A stretch of 63,535 bases of DNA, the filler included. It is 7 parts of 7 records of this genome, joined end to end, with 100 filler letters (N's around TTAATTAATTAA, not from the genome) between each part and the next. Parts side by side here need not be neighbours in the genome. Positions count along the whole stretch, not along the records: positions 1 to 30,192 come from SRR20825010_1996; 6 more parts are not named here. One strand, given 5' to 3'. Both the position numbers and the translations under genes were made by a program. The notes below the pieces were generated by a model. The model ran no database searches. It worked only from the letters and a program-made list of their open reading frames with translations, and had not been told where the DNA came from. Shown piece after piece: positions 19,636-28,404 of this stretch; position 1 is the first letter of the stretch; every line of letters starts with the position of its first letter.

Positions 19636-20030
19636 GTAGACTTTCCTTTTCCAGAGGACCTTTTGCCAGACGATCGGCCGGCAGAGCTCCGCACAGAAGT
19701 TCTGCCTGTGGACTGGCGCCGCCTGAGATAGACGAGAAGGGCGAACCCGATCAAGGGGGGCACTGAGCAGGCGAGTGCCCGGTTGGCGATCATGATGCTG
19801 TGGGATTGAAAGCGTTCGAGCCGCATGATGTTCAGGCAGCGTTCCCGGGCTTCAGGATCGCGGTAGGCGGCGTTGCAGCTCTGCTCGCGGGCACTATAGG
19901 TGCGCTCGACGGGGCTAAGGTCTGCTTCCCAGCTATTGAGGAAATATGCTCCAAGCGGGAGCATCCAGATAAGCGAAACCAGAACCCACAGGAGAGAAAT
20001 TAGTTTTGTTTTCGGCGATGTTTGGCGCAT
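19632..20030 (-). CDS. Hypothetical two-TM membrane protein
   Basis: Two hydrophobic helices flanking a loop with C-x10-C; basic Ser/Gly tail; GTGA overlap with the HD gene. Confidence 0.65.
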   Translation of the reverse strand: MRQTSPKTKLISLLWVLVSLIWMLPLGAYFLNSWEADLSPVERTYSAREQSCNAAYRDPEARERCLNIMRLERFQSHSIMIANRALACSVPPLIGFALLVYLRRRQSTGRTSVRSSAGRSSGKRSSGKGKST

Positions 20031-20153
20031 ATTGCACTTTCAAAACGTCTAAAATGATTAATATCAAACCAGTAAAAGATATTCTTCATAGATTGCTTTT
20101 GTTCTGATATCTTTCGTGTGACTACATCGCTGACTACGGTGGGGGCTTTACCT

Positions 20154-20567
20154 GTGCATTTGAAGGCTTTTTCTAAAATCGCTTTTGCTGTTGCGGCGAT
20201 GACCATGTGTGTCTCCACCCTGTCGGACACGGCACGCGCCTACGATCCGCGGGCAATGACCGGGCCGGGATTTGTCGCGCTGACATCTGGCCGGATGATT
20301 TCCGGATGGCTGACCAAGGGAAACCGCGTCTTTTACTTCACCCTCGAAAAGGGGAAGGTTTATTCGATGCGGGTGCCTGCGCAGAATGGCTTTCCGGAAG
20401 TGCATGAGACCGGAACGGTCCGGCCGACCAAGGAACATTATTGCCTGACGCCTTATGGCGGCGATGCGGAGAGGTGCCTTCGGGTCCGGTTGCTGGAAGA
20501 CAATGAGTTCGAAAGCACGGACGATTCCGGGAACCGGATTGCCCGCTGGTGGTTGGCACAACAGTAA
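20154..20567 (+). CDS. Hypothetical exported small beta-rich protein
   Basis: Signal-peptide-like N-terminus ending 'TARA'; C-x10-C pair 'HYCLTPYGGDAERCLRV'; start uncertain (20118 or 20154). Confidence 0.6.
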   Translation: MHLKAFSKIAFAVAAMTMCVSTLSDTARAYDPRAMTGPGFVALTSGRMISGWLTKGNRVFYFTLEKGKVYSMRVPAQNGFPEVHETGTVRPTKEHYCLTPYGGDAERCLRVRLLEDNEFESTDDSGNRIARWWLAQQ

Positions 20568-20657
20568 TCCCGTTTCGGACGAGAGGGCGCGCTTGACCTC
20601 TCGTCCCGTGGGTTCCAGTTTGCTGGCAATAGTCAGTCTTTCCGCCTGGAATCTAAA

Positions 20658-21884
20658 ATGACCGCCGAAATGCACGCCGCGCCGCCGGAAGGCGGATCAC
20701 TCGCCGATTTCAAGGTGATTGGCCTGATCGGTGTCGCGCATTTTTTCAGCCATCTCTTCATTCTGCTTCTGCCGCCGCTGTTTCTGACGCTTCGCGAAGA
20801 GTTCGACGTCAGCTTTCTTGAGCTTGGCCTGATCATGACCGTGTTCAGCGGAGCCACGGCCAGCACACAGCTTCCGTTCGGCTATCTGGTGGATAAGTTC
20901 GGAGCGCGCTGGATTCTGATAGGCGGCCTTGCTGCCGAATCCCTGGCTTTTGTTATGATCGGGTTCGGGGATGGTTTCTGGGGCTTGCTGGCGATGATGG
21001 CGATCGCCGGCATCGCGAACGGTGTCTACCATCCGGCGGATTACGCGATCCTGTCAGCCTCGGTTTCAGGGCCGCGCATGGGGCGGGCTTTCAGCCTGCA
21101 TACCTTCGCCGGTTTTGCCGGTTTTGCCGTCGCGCCTCCGCTGATCATCTTTCTGAGCGATGCCATCGGCTGGCGAATGGCTCTTGTCGGGGTTGGCCTT
21201 GCCGGCTTCGCGACCGCAGCCATTCTGTTGGTGTTCGCCAGTAGTTTGCACAACAAGCAGAAGCCAGCGGCAGAGCAGGCAAAGCCGGTTGATACTTCCA
21301 GCCGGGCGCTACTGTTCTCATTTCCGATCCTGATGTGTCTCGGCTTCTACATCATGACGGCGCTTGGCTCGGGCGGGCTTAACAACTTCCTGGTTTCGGC
21401 CCTCAACCTGTTGCACGGCACGGCCCTTCCGATCGCGACCGGAGCGCTGACAGGGTATCTCGTCGGCACCACTGTAGGGATCCTTTTCGGCGGCTATCTG
21501 GCGGACAAGACCTCCAACCACAATGTGATCGCGGCCTTCTGCTTCCTGGCGACGGCGGTGATGATTTCCATTGTCGCGCTTGTCGACATGCCCGAGCCGC
21601 TGCTGCTGGCATCGCTAACCCTGCAGGGCATTCTGCACGGCATGATCATGCCGTCGCGTGACATGATCGTACGCTCGGTCACGCCAGACGGGCAGTACGG
21701 CAAGGTTTTCGGGTTTGTTACCACCGGTTTCAGCATCGGCGGGATCGTTGCACCGATGATCTTCGGTTTCATTCTGGATAACGATCAGCCAGCACTGGTG
21801 TTCTACGCCATCGCCGGGTTCATGTTCCTCTCGATGTTCACCGTGTTCACGTCGGCTCGCTGGCGGGGACTTCGCTCGGCGTAG
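20658..21884 (+). CDS. MFS transporter (Fsr-like)
   Basis: 'AHFFSH', 'QLPFGYLVDKFG', 'GIANGVYHPA', 'GGYLADK'. Confidence 0.88.
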   Translation: MTAEMHAAPPEGGSLADFKVIGLIGVAHFFSHLFILLLPPLFLTLREEFDVSFLELGLIMTVFSGATASTQLPFGYLVDKFGARWILIGGLAAESLAFVMIGFGDGFWGLLAMMAIAGIANGVYHPADYAILSASVSGPRMGRAFSLHTFAGFAGFAVAPPLIIFLSDAIGWRMALVGVGLAGFATAAILLVFASSLHNKQKPAAEQAKPVDTSSRALLFSFPILMCLGFYIMTALGSGGLNNFLVSALNLLHGTALPIATGALTGYLVGTTVGILFGGYLADKTSNHNVIAAFCFLATAVMISIVALVDMPEPLLLASLTLQGILHGMIMPSRDMIVRSVTPDGQYGKVFGFVTTGFSIGGIVAPMIFGFILDNDQPALVFYAIAGFMFLSMFTVFTSARWRGLRSA

Positions 21885-22761
21885 TCTGACGAATCCGGAC
21901 TTCCCGCAGCCAGATATAGAGACCGGCGCCGATAATCAGCGCGGCGCCGATACTGGTCCAGACGTCGGGCAGGCTGTTGAACACGACCCAGCCCAGCAAT
22001 GTGGCCCAGAGCATCTGGATATACTGGAACGGTGCCAGCAGGGACGCGGCCGCGCAGCGGTAGCCATGCACCAGGCAAAACTCGGCCAGCAGGGCGAGCA
22101 GGCCGATCAGGATCAGGATTCCCCAGCTTGAGCCGGAGGCGACTGGCCACGCGCCGGCGAAGGGCAAAAGCGCGGCGGACCCGATCACACCGGTTACGGC
22201 GGTCAGAAACAGGGTGGCGAGGGCCGGGGTCTCTTTGCCTGCATGTCTGGTCATCAGAGAGAAGGCCGAAAAACCGAATGCCGTGCCGAGAACCATGAGA
22301 TGCGCCATGGTCAGCTCTTGCAGGCCTGGCCTCAGAATGATCAGCACGCCCAGAAAGCCGGCTGCAACCGCGCTCCAGCGACGGATGCCGACGCTTTCTT
22401 TCAGAATCAGTGCGGAGAGGCCGACAGTCAGCACCGGCGCCATGAAGCTGATAGCGGCCGCTTCCGCGAGCGGCAGGCTGGCGATGGCGCCGAAGAACAG
22501 GATGGTCGAGATGAACAGGAAACATCCGCGGATGGCCAGAAATCCCAATTTCGAGCCTCCAAGGAAGGTCCGGATGCCGAAAAACGGGATAAGAATTGCC
22601 AGCAACGCCAGATGCGCGGCATAGCGGACGAAAGTGATGTGCTCGATCGCAAATGTCTCGGCGCTATGCTTCACCAGCGCATCCATGCAGGAAAACACGG
22701 TGAACCCGGCAATGATCAGACATATGCCGAGGGCTGGGCGATGATGCTGGACGCCTGACAT
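21847..22761 (-). CDS. DMT/EamA family transporter
   Basis: Ten TM segments; 'LPLAEAAAISFMAP', 'E.VGIRRWSAV..GF.GVLIILRPG', 'ASLLAPFQY'. Confidence 0.9.
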   Translation of the reverse strand: MSGVQHHRPALGICLIIAGFTVFSCMDALVKHSAETFAIEHITFVRYAAHLALLAILIPFFGIRTFLGGSKLGFLAIRGCFLFISTILFFGAIASLPLAEAAAISFMAPVLTVGLSALILKESVGIRRWSAVAAGFLGVLIILRPGLQELTMAHLMVLGTAFGFSAFSLMTRHAGKETPALATLFLTAVTGVIGSAALLPFAGAWPVASGSSWGILILIGLLALLAEFCLVHGYRCAAASLLAPFQYIQMLWATLLGWVVFNSLPDVWTSIGAALIIGAGLYIWLREVRIRQTTPSEVPASEPT

Positions 22762-22790
22762 GGTCGTTTCCGTTTCCCGGTATTCGGCAC

Positions 22791-23708
22791 TTAAAGCTGC
22801 ACGGGATGCTTGGGTTTGATCTTCCGTTCACGAAGCCAAACGTAAACCCCGGCGGCAACGATCAGGGCTGTACCCGCCAGCGTCCATGCGTCCGGCAGGT
22901 CACCGAAAATGAAGTAGCCATAGAGGGTCGCCCAGATGATGACGGTGTACTGGAATGGCGCGAGCAGGGAGGCGCTGGCATACCGGAATCCGAAGATCAG
23001 TATCTGGTGAGAGACGCCACCAATCATGCCGATCACGATCAGCAATATCCATTCCTGGAGAGTCGGTGTTTCCCAATAGAAGCCGATCAGAATACCGGTG
23101 CCGATAAACCCGACCAATGCAGTATGGAACAGCATGGCGACGGGATCTTCCGTCCGGTTCAGCGACCGCGTCAGAAGGCCGAATATGCTGAACATCGTGG
23201 CCATGGCGAGGACCAGAAAGTAAGCCCAGTGAATTTCGGCGAAGCCGGGGCGCAGCACGATCAGGACACCGGCAAACCCGATCCCGACAGCGGACCAGCG
23301 CCGGATTCCAACCTTTTCCCGCAGCACGAAGGCTGAAAGCGCGACGGTGATCAGGGGAGCTACGAAAACAATGGCATTGGCGTCGGTCAGCGGGATCAGC
23401 GAGATCGCGGTGAAGAAACACATGGTGCAGCCGAGCAGCAGAAGCCCGCGGATGGTTACCTTGACTGGGTCCTTCACGTAAAATACACGGCGGACGCCGA
23501 GCAAGGGCAGCATCAGCACCATGGCGGCAAAATGGAAGAAATACCGGCCCCAGATGACCATTTCGACGCGAATGGTCTCGGAGCTGTATTTCGCAAGAGC
23601 ATCCATCGTCGCGAACATGGAAATGGCGACAACAATCAGCCCGATGGCGCGGGCAGGATTACTGAGCCCACCATCATCGGTGGCTCCGGAACTGTTTTCG
23701 TTGTTCAT
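22791..23708 (-). CDS. DMT/EamA family transporter (tandem paralogue)
   Basis: Same motifs as its neighbour: 'EKVGIRRWSAVGIGFAGVLIVLRPG', 'ASASLLAPFQY'. Confidence 0.9.
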   Translation of the reverse strand: MNNENSSGATDDGGLSNPARAIGLIVVAISMFATMDALAKYSSETIRVEMVIWGRYFFHFAAMVLMLPLLGVRRVFYVKDPVKVTIRGLLLLGCTMCFFTAISLIPLTDANAIVFVAPLITVALSAFVLREKVGIRRWSAVGIGFAGVLIVLRPGFAEIHWAYFLVLAMATMFSIFGLLTRSLNRTEDPVAMLFHTALVGFIGTGILIGFYWETPTLQEWILLIVIGMIGGVSHQILIFGFRYASASLLAPFQYTVIIWATLYGYFIFGDLPDAWTLAGTALIVAAGVYVWLRERKIKPKHPVQL

Positions 23709-23803
23709 TGATGGACCTGCATGGAGAGCCGCCGGAAGCGTGCCCGATGCTTATCTGGTCTCGGCAGACCTGGCAATCATTCCCGGTGCGGAGAGCCGCA
23801 AGA

Positions 23804-25024
23804 TCAGCGTGCGATCCTGACGGCCTGACAGAATTGGCGTTTGGCTTTCATGGCGCTGCAGGCCCTGAGGGCGTCGGCCCGGGTCTTGAAAGCTGCGCCG
23901 ACCAGCCGGACGAATGTGCCGCGTCCATCGCCGGCATCAAACTCCACGGTTTTGAAGCTGAGATCCTTCAGCTCGTTCGGATACCGCTTCTCAAGCGCTG
24001 ACCAGCCGCGCCGGGCGCCTTGCATGGTTCTGTAGGATTCCAGGTGGATGCCGTACTTACCATCCGGGCTCGATGCAGCCATCTGGTCCTTCTGGTCATC
24101 CGCTTTGGTGGCGGATTTCGTGTCTGGCTCTGTTGTGGCAGCCACCATCTTGCCATCGGACATATTTTCAAGCTTGCCGACGACCGACTCAAGCCGGGAG
24201 ATAAGCATCAGCAGGCGGCTGTCATCCGCTTCTTCCTGCATCCTGCCGGGCTCTTTGGGAGATTCCATCATTCCCGTCGGCTGCGACACGTCCACATGGC
24301 TGCTTGCTGCAGGAGCGACCATATCTGTCATTCTTGCCGGCTGGTCCACGGTAACGGGCATTTCCGCTGTCCGGTTGTCGGCCAGGGAAACGGACATCAG
24401 TTCCTTGCGTGAATGCGTGTTCGGGAAGGTCCGCTCACGCAGGACATAATTCTGTGCCACCGGAGCATAGTAGAGGCTTGTATCGACGTTCTTGCGCTTG
24501 CAGTCGATCCGGAACGTGGTGAAGGTCCCGGCGGGAACCGTGACGTCTTCCTGACCGGCGACGACACAACGCACTTCGTCTTCCCATCCTGTCGGCACCT
24601 TTTCGCTGCTGCCACGGATCCCGAAGGCGACGATATTGCCTTCTTGAAGCGGGAAGAGGGTGCCGGGATTGCCAATGATATTCTGGCGGCCGCGCCCGAG
24701 TTCCGGGTGCGAGGACCAGGACAGCTGCGGCGTGATCAACTCGTTCGTTGTGGTCCAGATCAGCCCGGAATCGTTGGTCCAGGTGACCCGGTCCGGCGTA
24801 ACACCGACCACCTGCTCCTGCACCACGTTTCCGTCGTCATTGAACACATAGGTATCGCCGGGCTGGTACAGCGGCTGCGAAGCCGGCGGCAACTGGGCAA
24901 GCGGAGCTTTGGCGGGAAGTGTGTCGCTGTCGCTGAAGAGATCCAGATCCGGCATCTCGAAAGAGCAGGCGGAAAGCGCGCCGATCAGGATTACAGGAAC
25001 AAAGCGTCGGAACAGATGCCGCAT
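23804..25024 (-). CDS. Lipoprotein with C-terminal SPOR (peptidoglycan-binding) domain
   Basis: Lipobox 'ALSAC'; central beta domain with 'VTVPAGTF'; C-terminal 'YGIHLESYR…W..L…RL..AAF…A..AC..MK…FC' SPOR pattern; start at ATG 25024. Confidence 0.75.
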   Translation of the reverse strand: MRHLFRRFVPVILIGALSACSFEMPDLDLFSDSDTLPAKAPLAQLPPASQPLYQPGDTYVFNDDGNVVQEQVVGVTPDRVTWTNDSGLIWTTTNELITPQLSWSSHPELGRGRQNIIGNPGTLFPLQEGNIVAFGIRGSSEKVPTGWEDEVRCVVAGQEDVTVPAGTFTTFRIDCKRKNVDTSLYYAPVAQNYVLRERTFPNTHSRKELMSVSLADNRTAEMPVTVDQPARMTDMVAPAASSHVDVSQPTGMMESPKEPGRMQEEADDSRLLMLISRLESVVGKLENMSDGKMVAATTEPDTKSATKADDQKDQMAASSPDGKYGIHLESYRTMQGARRGWSALEKRYPNELKDLSFKTVEFDAGDGRGTFVRLVGAAFKTRADALRACSAMKAKRQFCQAVRIAR

Positions 25025-25165
25025 CGCAATAAAATCACCGCCGGATAAAGGGGATAGCCCCCAAGTCAATAACCTGAAAAATATCCAATATCTTGGCGTT
25101 AGTGTCAACCAAACCCCAATATGCTGTTGCAGTTTCAGGGTGAGTAACGGGGAGTGGGCAGGGCG

Positions 25166-25205
25166 TTGACAGAGGGGATGTTCATCCGCACTCTGGACAT
25201 CCCTC
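25166..25205 (+). promoter_or_regulatory. Candidate sigma70 promoter with operator for the amidohydrolase operon
   Basis: TTGACA (25166), 17-bp spacer, CACTCT; GGATGTTCATCC near-palindrome inside the spacer and a further ACATCCC half-site downstream. Confidence 0.4.
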
Positions 25206-25266
25206 CCGGCAGGCTCCCCGCATCTCCTCAGGGTTCGAGCTGGCCACCACAAAAAGGAATTACAGC

Positions 25267-26895
25267 ATGTCGACGGCGAAAGCTGATCTGGTATTGCGCG
25301 GCGGTAAGGTGTTTCTCGGTCTGGGTGCCGGATTCACCGAATCGGTCGCGATTTGGGGCGGACGCGTTATTGCGCATGGCAGTGATAGCGAGCTCGAATC
25401 ACTGATTGGCACCGACACGCGCGTCATAGAGTTGAACGGCCGGCTGGCCGCGCCGGGACTGAACGATGCGCATCAGCATCTGATGTCCGTCGGTCTCGGG
25501 CTTTCGGAGATCGACTGCAAGAAGGACACCCGTCTGCAGGACATGCTGCAGAAGGTGAAGGAGAAGGCTGCGACAGCCAAGCCGGGCGAATGGATTTTTG
25601 GCCGCGGCTACGACCACTTCGAGCTGGATATGAAGCGCCATCCGTTCCGGGAGGAGCTGGATCAGGTCGCACCGAACAACCCTGTCTATCTGAAGCGCAC
25701 CTGCGGCCATATGGGCGTCGCGAACAGCGTGGCCCTGACCGCTGCCGGTATTGACGAGGGCACGGCCCAGCCGGATGGCGGCCATATCGAGAGCCAGAAC
25801 GGAAAACTGACCGGCCTGCTGCAGGAACGCGCGCAGGAAATGATCACCAAGGTCCTGAGCGATCACACGATCGACGCGCTGGCGGAAGGTGTCCGGGCAG
25901 GACAGCAGCATAATCTCGCGCTCGGCTTCACCAGTGTTACCGATCCCGGGGTTGGTTTGCGTCAGGGCTATGACGAATGGCTGGCTTATCAGCAGCTTCG
26001 CCGCCAGGGCGGTTTCGGCCTGCGAATGCACCTGATGCCACTTGCCGGCGCCAGTGGCTGGCCGGACCGGGCCATGGATCTTGGCCTGATGACAGGAGAC
26101 GGGGACGAATGGCTGCGGGTTGGCCCGATGAAGCTCTTCACCGATGGCAGCGCCGGCGGCAAGACGGCGGCGATGTTCAATCCCTATATCGGAGAGCCGG
26201 AAAATCTCGGCATCATGATCTATGAGGATCAGCAGCTCTTCGATTATGTGAAAGACTATCACGACCGGGGCTATCAGGTTGCCACCCACGCCATCGGCGA
26301 CCGCGCCATCGAGCAGATTCTGACCGCCTATGAGTTGGCCATCGGCAACGATGTCGAGACCCAGAGCAATCGCCGTCACCGGATCGAGCATTGCGGTTTC
26401 CTCAATGCGGACCAGCTTGCCCGGATGCAGCGCATCGGCGTGCTGCCCGCGCCGCAATCGATCTTCATGTACGAGTTCGGCGATCTTTATCTCGACGTGC
26501 TGGGCGAAGAGGTGTCCGCCAAGGCGTATCCGTTCCGTTCCTTCCTCGATGCGGGGCTTTATCCATCGGCCAGCTCGGACGCGCCGGTTTCCAGCACCAA
26601 CCCGTTCCAGAACCTCTATTCGATGATCACCCGCAAGACCAAGCGCGGCACGCTGATCGGCGGTAATGAAGCGCTCACCCTGGAAGAAGCGCTGCATTGC
26701 TACAGCTATTGCGGTGCTTACGGTTCTTTCGAGGAAGGGATCAAGGGCACCCTGAAACAGGGGCAGCTCGGCGATATCACGGTGTTCGACCGGGATCTGT
26801 TCGCTATCGAGCCCGAGGAAATTCTGGAAGCGTCGGCGGATCTGGCCATCGTCGGCGGCGAAATTATGTTTGACCGGCAGGCGGAAGCCGCCTGA
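25267..26895 (+). CDS. Amidohydrolase, YtcJ-like (Amidohydro_3)
   Basis: 'PGLNDAHQH', 'RTCGH', 'KLFTDGS', 'THAIGDRA', 'RHRIEH', 'SSDAPV', 'G.L..GQLGD'. Confidence 0.9.
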   Translation: MSTAKADLVLRGGKVFLGLGAGFTESVAIWGGRVIAHGSDSELESLIGTDTRVIELNGRLAAPGLNDAHQHLMSVGLGLSEIDCKKDTRLQDMLQKVKEKAATAKPGEWIFGRGYDHFELDMKRHPFREELDQVAPNNPVYLKRTCGHMGVANSVALTAAGIDEGTAQPDGGHIESQNGKLTGLLQERAQEMITKVLSDHTIDALAEGVRAGQQHNLALGFTSVTDPGVGLRQGYDEWLAYQQLRRQGGFGLRMHLMPLAGASGWPDRAMDLGLMTGDGDEWLRVGPMKLFTDGSAGGKTAAMFNPYIGEPENLGIMIYEDQQLFDYVKDYHDRGYQVATHAIGDRAIEQILTAYELAIGNDVETQSNRRHRIEHCGFLNADQLARMQRIGVLPAPQSIFMYEFGDLYLDVLGEEVSAKAYPFRSFLDAGLYPSASSDAPVSSTNPFQNLYSMITRKTKRGTLIGGNEALTLEEALHCYSYCGAYGSFEEGIKGTLKQGQLGDITVFDRDLFAIEPEEILEASADLAIVGGEIMFDRQAEAA

Positions 26896-26939
26896 CACCA
26901 AAGACGGGGCCGGAAAGGCCCGCGAAGGAGAACAGGGAT

Positions 26940-28394
26940 ATGTCGAAAACGACTCTTATCAAGAATGCTTCCTGGGTGATCGGCTGGGAGAAGGACAAGA
27001 ACGGCAAGGATGCCGGGCACCGTTTCTTCCGCAACGCCGATGTTGCCTTCAAGGACGGCACCCTCATCCATGTCGGCCCGGGTTATTCCGGCACGGCGGA
27101 CGAGACCATCGACGGCAGCCGTATGATGGTCATGCCGGGCTTCATCAGCATCCATAATCATCCAACCTCGGAGCCCGGAAACAAGGGCCTGAACGAGGAG
27201 CTGGGCAGCCCGAAACTGGGGCAGAGCGGGCTTTACGAGTATATGCCGGTCTTCCGGATCATGCCGGAAGCCGCCCCTTATACCAGCCGCTACGCCATTC
27301 ACGAGATGCTGAAAAGTGGCGTGACCACCTATGCCGATCTGTCCGGCGCCCGGGAGAACTGGGTCGACGAGGTTGCCGATACCGGCATTCGCGGCGTGCT
27401 CTGCCCGATGTACCGTTCGGCCGCCTGGTCCACGAAAAACGGTCACTCGGTCGTCTATGACTGGGATCCGGAGGCGGGTGAGCGCGGCATGGAACGCGCC
27501 ATCGAGATCGTCGAGGAAGCGGACCGTCACCCGTCCGGCCGGATGTCCGGCATGATGGGGCCGTCCCAGATCGATACCTGCACGCCCGAACTGATCCAGG
27601 CCTCTCATGCGGAAGCCAAGAAGCGCGGGATCAAGATGCAGATCCACGCGGCCCAGAGCGTGGTCGAGTTCAACGAGATGACCCAGCGTCACGGCCTGAC
27701 TCCGCTTGAGTGGCTGGACAGCATTGGCGTGCTCGATGAAAGCACCATCATCGGCCACTGCATCTTCCTGAACGATCATCCCTGGCTGCACTGGCCGCAG
27801 GCGGACGACTTCAATCTGCTGGTGAAATCCGGCACTTCTGTCGCCCATTGTCCGACGGTTTTCTGGCGGCGCGGTATCGCCATGAACAATGTCGGCCGCT
27901 ATGTGAAGGCCGGTATCCCGCTCGGGCTCGGCACCGACACCTTCCCGCACAATTTCATCCACGAGATGGAAGTGGCGATGATTGTCGGCCGGATCATGTC
28001 CGGGGACTTTACCAACGCTTCGACGGAAGAGATTTTCGATGCCGGGACCATCGGTGCCGCGAAGACGCTCGGCCGTACCGACATCGGCCGGCTCGAGGTT
28101 GGCTGCAAGGCGGACATGGTGCTGGTCGATCTCGACCATGCCTACATGCAGCCGGTTCGCGACCCGCTGCGCAGCCTGCTCTATTCCGCCGGTGACCGGG
28201 CGGTGAAGCATGTCTATGTCGACGGCACCCAGGTGGTACGCGACGGTGAGGTGATCACCATCGACGTTGCCGAGGCGGCCGCCAAGATGACCGAATATCA
28301 GCAGGTCACCATGTCCAGCGTGCGCCAGCGGGATTGGGCCCAGCGCCCGGTCGAGGAGCTGTCGCCGCTGAGTTATCCGGACGCGGCGAATTGA
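26940..28394 (+). CDS. Amidohydrolase, deaminase/chlorohydrolase (MtaD/AtzA-like) family
   Basis: 'PGFISIHNH', 'QIHAAQS', 'IIGHC', 'AHCP', 'LGTD', 'GRLEVGCKAD'. Confidence 0.88.
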   Translation: MSKTTLIKNASWVIGWEKDKNGKDAGHRFFRNADVAFKDGTLIHVGPGYSGTADETIDGSRMMVMPGFISIHNHPTSEPGNKGLNEELGSPKLGQSGLYEYMPVFRIMPEAAPYTSRYAIHEMLKSGVTTYADLSGARENWVDEVADTGIRGVLCPMYRSAAWSTKNGHSVVYDWDPEAGERGMERAIEIVEEADRHPSGRMSGMMGPSQIDTCTPELIQASHAEAKKRGIKMQIHAAQSVVEFNEMTQRHGLTPLEWLDSIGVLDESTIIGHCIFLNDHPWLHWPQADDFNLLVKSGTSVAHCPTVFWRRGIAMNNVGRYVKAGIPLGLGTDTFPHNFIHEMEVAMIVGRIMSGDFTNASTEEIFDAGTIGAAKTLGRTDIGRLEVGCKADMVLVDLDHAYMQPVRDPLRSLLYSAGDRAVKHVYVDGTQVVRDGEVITIDVAEAAAKMTEYQQVTMSSVRQRDWAQRPVEELSPLSYPDAAN

Positions 28395-28404
28395 GGAACG
28401 GACC

